Positions 34,323 through 38,185 of a DNA stretch of 38,185 nt are shown piece after piece; position 1 is the stretch's first letter, and each line of letters begins with the position of its first letter. The notes beneath the pieces are model-generated. The model ran no database searches. It saw only the letters and a program-made list of their open reading frames with translations, and had not been told where the DNA came from. The stretch is taken from contig JACQDE010000006.1 of NCBI GenBank assembly GCA_016201285.1, forward strand, positions 1-38,185, read 5' to 3'. This DNA comes from Acidobacteriota bacterium. Lineage in GTDB: Bacteria; Acidobacteriota; Terriglobia; Acidiferrales; UBA7541. A program made the position numbers and the translations under genes.

Positions 34323-35720
34323 CTACTTTCCCGCCACGCGCGTCACCACGTCGTACAGCACCCGCAGCCCCGCCTGGTATTCCTTCAAGAGGATGCGCTC
34401 GTCGGTCCCGTGCGGCGTGTCCGCTTCCTCCCGCGTGCTGACGAACGGGCAGAACCCGTACGACGCGATCCCGAGCTGCCGGTAGATCTGGCTTTCCGTG
34501 TAGCCGCTGGTCAGCCGCGGCGACACAACCGTCTTCGGAAAATGTTTCCCCACCACCGCTTCAAACGCCCGCCACATCTCGTTGTCCGTCGGCGACTCGT
34601 TCGGCGTGCGGATCTTGGAGATCGGCTCGATGGCAATCGAGTCGTCGGCCACCACGCGCTTGATCTCTTCGAGAAACTTCTGCGGCTCCTCACCCGGCAG
34701 CAGGCGCGCGTCCAATTCCGCCACCGCTTCCGCCGGGATCACATTCGTCTGCGGCCCGCCGCGCAGTACCGTCAGCGAAATCGTATTCCGCAGCATGAAG
34801 GCCCAGTCGGCGTTCTCGCTGACGCGCTTGCGGAACGCCGCGTCGCGCAGGGAAGTCTCCAGGTTGCAGAACTTTTCTTTTTCCGAGGGGAACCGCACGC
34901 GCGCAATGTCGCAGAAGATCTGCTGCGTCAGCGGCGTCACGCGCACCGGCGTTTCGTAGTCCACCACGCGCTGGAGCGCCCGCGCCAGCCGGTGCGGCGC
35001 GGCGTCCGCGTGCGGCACCGAGCCGTGTCCCGCTTTCCCGCGCGCCGTCAGCCGCAGCCAGTACGGCGCCTTTTCCGCCACGTCCACGCCCCAGAATGGC
35101 GCCGCGCCACCCTCCTCGATCAGGTTTTCTCCGCCCTCATTGATCAGAAATTCGGCGCCGGCCACCAGTTCGCGCTTGTTCTGGACCATCCATTCCGTTC
35201 CGATGGTGCCCACTTCCTCGTCTGCCACCGCCAGGAAGATGACGTCGCGCGAAAGTTTTACCCTTTCACGCTTCAGCGCGATCATCACCATGGCCTGCAG
35301 CATGCCCTCGGACTTCATGTCCTGCGCGCCGCGGCCATAGAGCGCGCCGTTACGCAACTCGCCCGAAAACGGCGGCACGCTCCACAATTTCGGATCGGCA
35401 TTCACCACGTCGGTGTGGTTCAGCAGAATCATCGGGCGCTTCGAGCCGTCGCCCTTCAACCGCGCGTAGGCGTTCGCGCGTCCCGGCGCGATATCAAAGA
35501 TCTGGCACTCGATGCCTTCCTTCGCAAACAGCGCGCAGAAAAACTCCGCGGCGCGCCGCTCGTTGCCCGGCGGGTTACTGGTGTCGATGCGGAAGTATTG
35601 CCGGAGCAGTTCGGTGGCCTGCGCTTCGTATTTTGTCCAGTCCGTCTGCGCCCGCGCGCCGGCGGGGAAGAACAGCGTTGCAGCGAGCAACACGATGAAG
35701 CACACCACAACTTTGCGCAT
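34323..35720 (-). CDS. M20 family metallopeptidase (secreted)
   Basis: Signal peptide. Motifs LNHTDVV, GAQDMK and ADEEVG are typical of M20/ArgE/DapE. AAGGAG RBS. ATG at 35720. Confidence 0.8.
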   Translation of the reverse strand: MRKVVVCFIVLLAATLFFPAGARAQTDWTKYEAQATELLRQYFRIDTSNPPGNERRAAEFFCALFAKEGIECQIFDIAPGRANAYARLKGDGSKRPMILLNHTDVVNADPKLWSVPPFSGELRNGALYGRGAQDMKSEGMLQAMVMIALKRERVKLSRDVIFLAVADEEVGTIGTEWMVQNKRELVAGAEFLINEGGENLIEEGGAAPFWGVDVAEKAPYWLRLTARGKAGHGSVPHADAAPHRLARALQRVVDYETPVRVTPLTQQIFCDIARVRFPSEKEKFCNLETSLRDAAFRKRVSENADWAFMLRNTISLTVLRGGPQTNVIPAEAVAELDARLLPGEEPQKFLEEIKRVVADDSIAIEPISKIRTPNESPTDNEMWRAFEAVVGKHFPKTVVSPRLTSGYTESQIYRQLGIASYGFCPFVSTREEADTPHGTDERILLKEYQAGLRVLYDVVTRVAGK

Positions 35721-35757
35721 GAGTCTCCTTGGATGGCGGAAATGATTTCGCGTTGCG

Positions 35758-36960
35758 CTACTCAACGGGCGTAGCCGTCTTTCGCGGCGGGTTGAAGAAC
35801 GGCATCGGCACCACCGTGACGCCCACGCGGTGCCGCACCGCTTCGATGGTGTACTCCATGTGCAGCTTGGTGCCGGTCTTGCCGTGCTGCCGCGGCACGC
35901 TGGCCAGCGCAATCATTTTTTTCAGCAGCGGCGACCACGTGGTGGACGTGACCTTGCCCAACTGCACGCCGCCGCGATACAGCGGCACGTGCACGCGCGA
36001 CGCCGTGCTTGGCGCCGTCGGCGCCAGCCCCTGCGCTTCGTACAGCTTCTCCACTTCCGGCCAGTCGATCTCCAGGCCCACCAGTTGGCGCGCCGGCCCG
36101 CCGCGCTTCTGCTCTTCGATAAGCGCCGCGCGCCCGATGAAGTTTTCCTTGTCCAGGTGCACCAGCCGCCCGAAGTTTAATTCGTACGGCGAATACTTCT
36201 GCGATTCGATCAGCGCTTTCTTGCTGCTGGTGTAGTCCACTTCAATCAGCAGCAGGCCGGCTTCGATACGCGCGATGTCCAGCGCGAGCATGCCCGCGGC
36301 GTGGATGTCGAAGTGCCGCCCGGCGGTCACCAGCGCGTCCCAGATCTTCGTCGCCTCGTTCCACGGCATCCAGATTTCGTAGCCCAGGTCGCCGGTGTAG
36401 CCGGTGCGCGAAATGTCCACTTCCACGCCGGCGATTTTTCCGTGCGTCATGCGGAAATATTTCAAGCTGTTGATGTTCGCGTCGCTGACCTGCTTCAGCA
36501 GCCGCCCGGAGGTGGGGCCTTGCAGCGCGAGCGCCGCGGTCTGCTCGGAGATGTCTTCGATGGCCACGTCCATGCCCAGCGCGTTTTGCCGGAACCAGCG
36601 CAGGTTGGGGTCGGCGGCGGTCCAGCGATATTTGTTTTCCGCGAGGCGCGTAATCGTGCCGTCGTCGATCACCTTGCCCTGCTCGTCGCACCAGCAGCAG
36701 TAGATCACCTGCCCGACTTTCACTTTGTTGATGTCGCGCGCAATCACGCGGTTGACAAACTTCGTGGCGTCCGCACCGGTGACCAGGTACTTGAACAGCG
36801 GCGAGACATCAATCAGCGCCGCGGCGTTGCGGATGGCGTTGTACTCGTGCTCGTGATGCATCTCATAGACGCTCACGGTGTAATAGCCCGACCACTCGCG
36901 GTAGTTCAGGCTTTCGCACAGCGGCAGAGTTCGTTCGTGGAAGGCGGTTCCGATCGGCAC
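35758..36960 (-). CDS. Aminomethyltransferase (GcvT) family folate-binding protein
   Basis: GcvT fold motifs (AALIDVSPLFKYLVTGADA; GDLGYEIW). GTG 36960 has GAGGAG at 7-nt spacing. The track start (TTG 36975) has no RBS. Confidence 0.75.
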   Translation of the reverse strand: MPIGTAFHERTLPLCESLNYREWSGYYTVSVYEMHHEHEYNAIRNAAALIDVSPLFKYLVTGADATKFVNRVIARDINKVKVGQVIYCCWCDEQGKVIDDGTITRLAENKYRWTAADPNLRWFRQNALGMDVAIEDISEQTAALALQGPTSGRLLKQVSDANINSLKYFRMTHGKIAGVEVDISRTGYTGDLGYEIWMPWNEATKIWDALVTAGRHFDIHAAGMLALDIARIEAGLLLIEVDYTSSKKALIESQKYSPYELNFGRLVHLDKENFIGRAALIEEQKRGGPARQLVGLEIDWPEVEKLYEAQGLAPTAPSTASRVHVPLYRGGVQLGKVTSTTWSPLLKKMIALASVPRQHGKTGTKLHMEYTIEAVRHRVGVTVVPMPFFNPPRKTATPVE

Positions 36961-37031
36961 GGTAGTTCTCCTCAACCAAAGCTTACGCGCGCAGATTATA
37001 TTGGTCGAATGCGTCTCTCACAAGTGAGTGC

Positions 37032-37829
37032 TCATTTTATTTTCTTTGGATGTAGGCCTGGAATTTCGCAGGACTTCGGCTTGGGGATTTGGGCGCATTC
37101 ATCGTCAGCGTTGCGGAGTTCATCACCAAGGTGTTTCCAGAAGAGTTTTTTGGCCGTAATTTGCCCATAGCTTCGGATGATTTTCCCACTTGGCAATTCA
37201 ACTTTGTATGCGCGAAACGTTCCCATTTCTTCGCAGTTGCTGTGGGGGAGCGTTTCCGCCGCCAGTAGAATGTGAGAGGAATCTCCACGCCAAGCGATCG
37301 CCGCGATATTGGGTTCCTCATCATCAAAGCAGGTCCTTGGCCGGGATAAATAGTCACTCATGACCTGCGCTGTGGGCTCGATGTCCGAAAGGCCATCTTT
37401 CCCCAGGTAATAGATGACCACGTGAAAGTTTCCGACGGCACCGCCATCAGAGTAGGTCACAAAGAATGCCTTCGAGTCCGGCGCCCATGCTACTTCGCTG
37501 CAAACCATGTATCCGATATCAGTCTCGAAGGTTTTTCCATAGGCCAGAACACTCACAAGATTCACTTCGAGTTCCTTTCCTTCAATCAACTGGCGAACGT
37601 CATACTCAGCCACGATTGTTTTCTTTCCGTCAGGTGAAGGAATCCGCACTGTCCGTTTCTTATCTTCTTCGGGATCCCAAAGCTCTATCGCGTCTCTTGA
37701 GAATCCCCCACGCTTTGGAGTTTCCCTAGTCGCAGTTTGTGCGAGAGATGAAGGGCGAAAGCTCGGGGCAATTAGAACGAGAACCAAACTGAGCAAGAAC
37801 GCAGACTTCGTGCAGCACACCGGGATCAT
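37032..37829 (-). CDS. Secreted hypothetical protein in a low-GC (~50%) island
   Basis: Signal peptide MIPVCCTKSAFLLSLVLVLIAPSFRPSSLA|QT. Cys pairs present. GC content is clearly lower than the ~65% of its flanks. The longer ORF to 37973 would leave only 8 bp before the divergent gene. Confidence 0.5.
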   Translation of the reverse strand: MIPVCCTKSAFLLSLVLVLIAPSFRPSSLAQTATRETPKRGGFSRDAIELWDPEEDKKRTVRIPSPDGKKTIVAEYDVRQLIEGKELEVNLVSVLAYGKTFETDIGYMVCSEVAWAPDSKAFFVTYSDGGAVGNFHVVIYYLGKDGLSDIEPTAQVMSDYLSRPRTCFDDEEPNIAAIAWRGDSSHILLAAETLPHSNCEEMGTFRAYKVELPSGKIIRSYGQITAKKLFWKHLGDELRNADDECAQIPKPKSCEIPGLHPKKIK

Positions 37830-37981
37830 ACGAATCGTCAATCGGCTAAACGTCACGGGTATGACTTTCAAAGCAGAGCATATCAGAACCAGAATAGGTG
37901 TGCGCTTTAGCGTTTCCCAATCCAGTAAGCTTGTCGGTGCAGGGGAGTCCTTGTAGAATGACCAGCCGCCCAAGGGGATTC

Positions 37982-38185
37982 ATGAGCACGGGATACGATG
38001 TCATTGTCATTGGTGGTGGTCACAACGGCCTGGTGAACGCGGCGTACCTGGCCCGCGCCGGCAAAAAAGTTCTGGTCCTCGAGCGGCGGCACGTGCTGGG
38101 CGGCGCCGCCGTCACCGAAGAGATTTTCCCCGGCTTCAAGTTCTCCGTCTGTTCCTACGTCGTCTCGCTGCTGCGCCCGGAAATC
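37982..38185 (+). CDS. NAD(P)/FAD-dependent oxidoreductase (CrtI/phytoene-desaturase-like), 5' part; continues beyond the window
   Basis: Rossmann motif DVIVIGGGHNGLVNAAYLARAGKKVLVLE. Confidence 0.75.
   Translation, partial: MSTGYDVIVIGGGHNGLVNAAYLARAGKKVLVLERRHVLGGAAVTEEIFPGFKFSVCSYVVSLLRPEI

Noticed and set aside
34410-37170. Antisense ORFs 34410..35774 and 36301..37170 opposite the M20 and GcvT-like genes
   Set aside because: Same GC-artefact reasoning.

Overview
High-GC (~65%) bacterial chromosomal segment with about 31 protein-coding genes, one tRNA and no CRISPR or obvious mobile element. The gene content suggests Acidobacteriota-like soil bacteria (taxonomic guess, inference only): a PEP-CTERM sorting-signal protein, many secreted peptidases and a Na+/sugar symporter. 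The dominant feature is a ~22 kb concentration (13.5-35.7 kb) of secreted or membrane hydrolases from at least ten families (S9 x2, M19, a catalytically degenerate S1-like protein, S15, M28, class-A beta-lactamase fold, PHP/CehA, S58 DmpA, amidohydrolase, M20), interleaved with two APC-superfamily transporters. Also present: a Na+/solute symporter - unknown 185-aa protein - secreted GH15 glucoamylase operon; tRNA-Arg(TCT); an SPFH/flotillin gene; an acyl desaturase; a Crp/Fnr regulator plus orphan receiver; and two tandem unfused polyphosphate kinase 2 genes. The most interesting unexplained items are: (i) an unlisted 51-codon secreted Cys-peptide ORF followed by a 19-bp perfect hairpin; (ii) a trypsin-fold protein whose catalytic His and Ser appear replaced by Gln/Val; (iii) a small zinc-ribbon/2TM protein translationally coupled to an S9 peptidase; (iv) a low-GC secreted hypothetical gene at the 3' end; (v) several recurring TGnTAGAAT extended -10-like elements and operator-like palindromes. 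Many long antisense ORFs in the six-frame track are GC-driven artefacts. All family assignments are from motif recognition by eye, not database searches.
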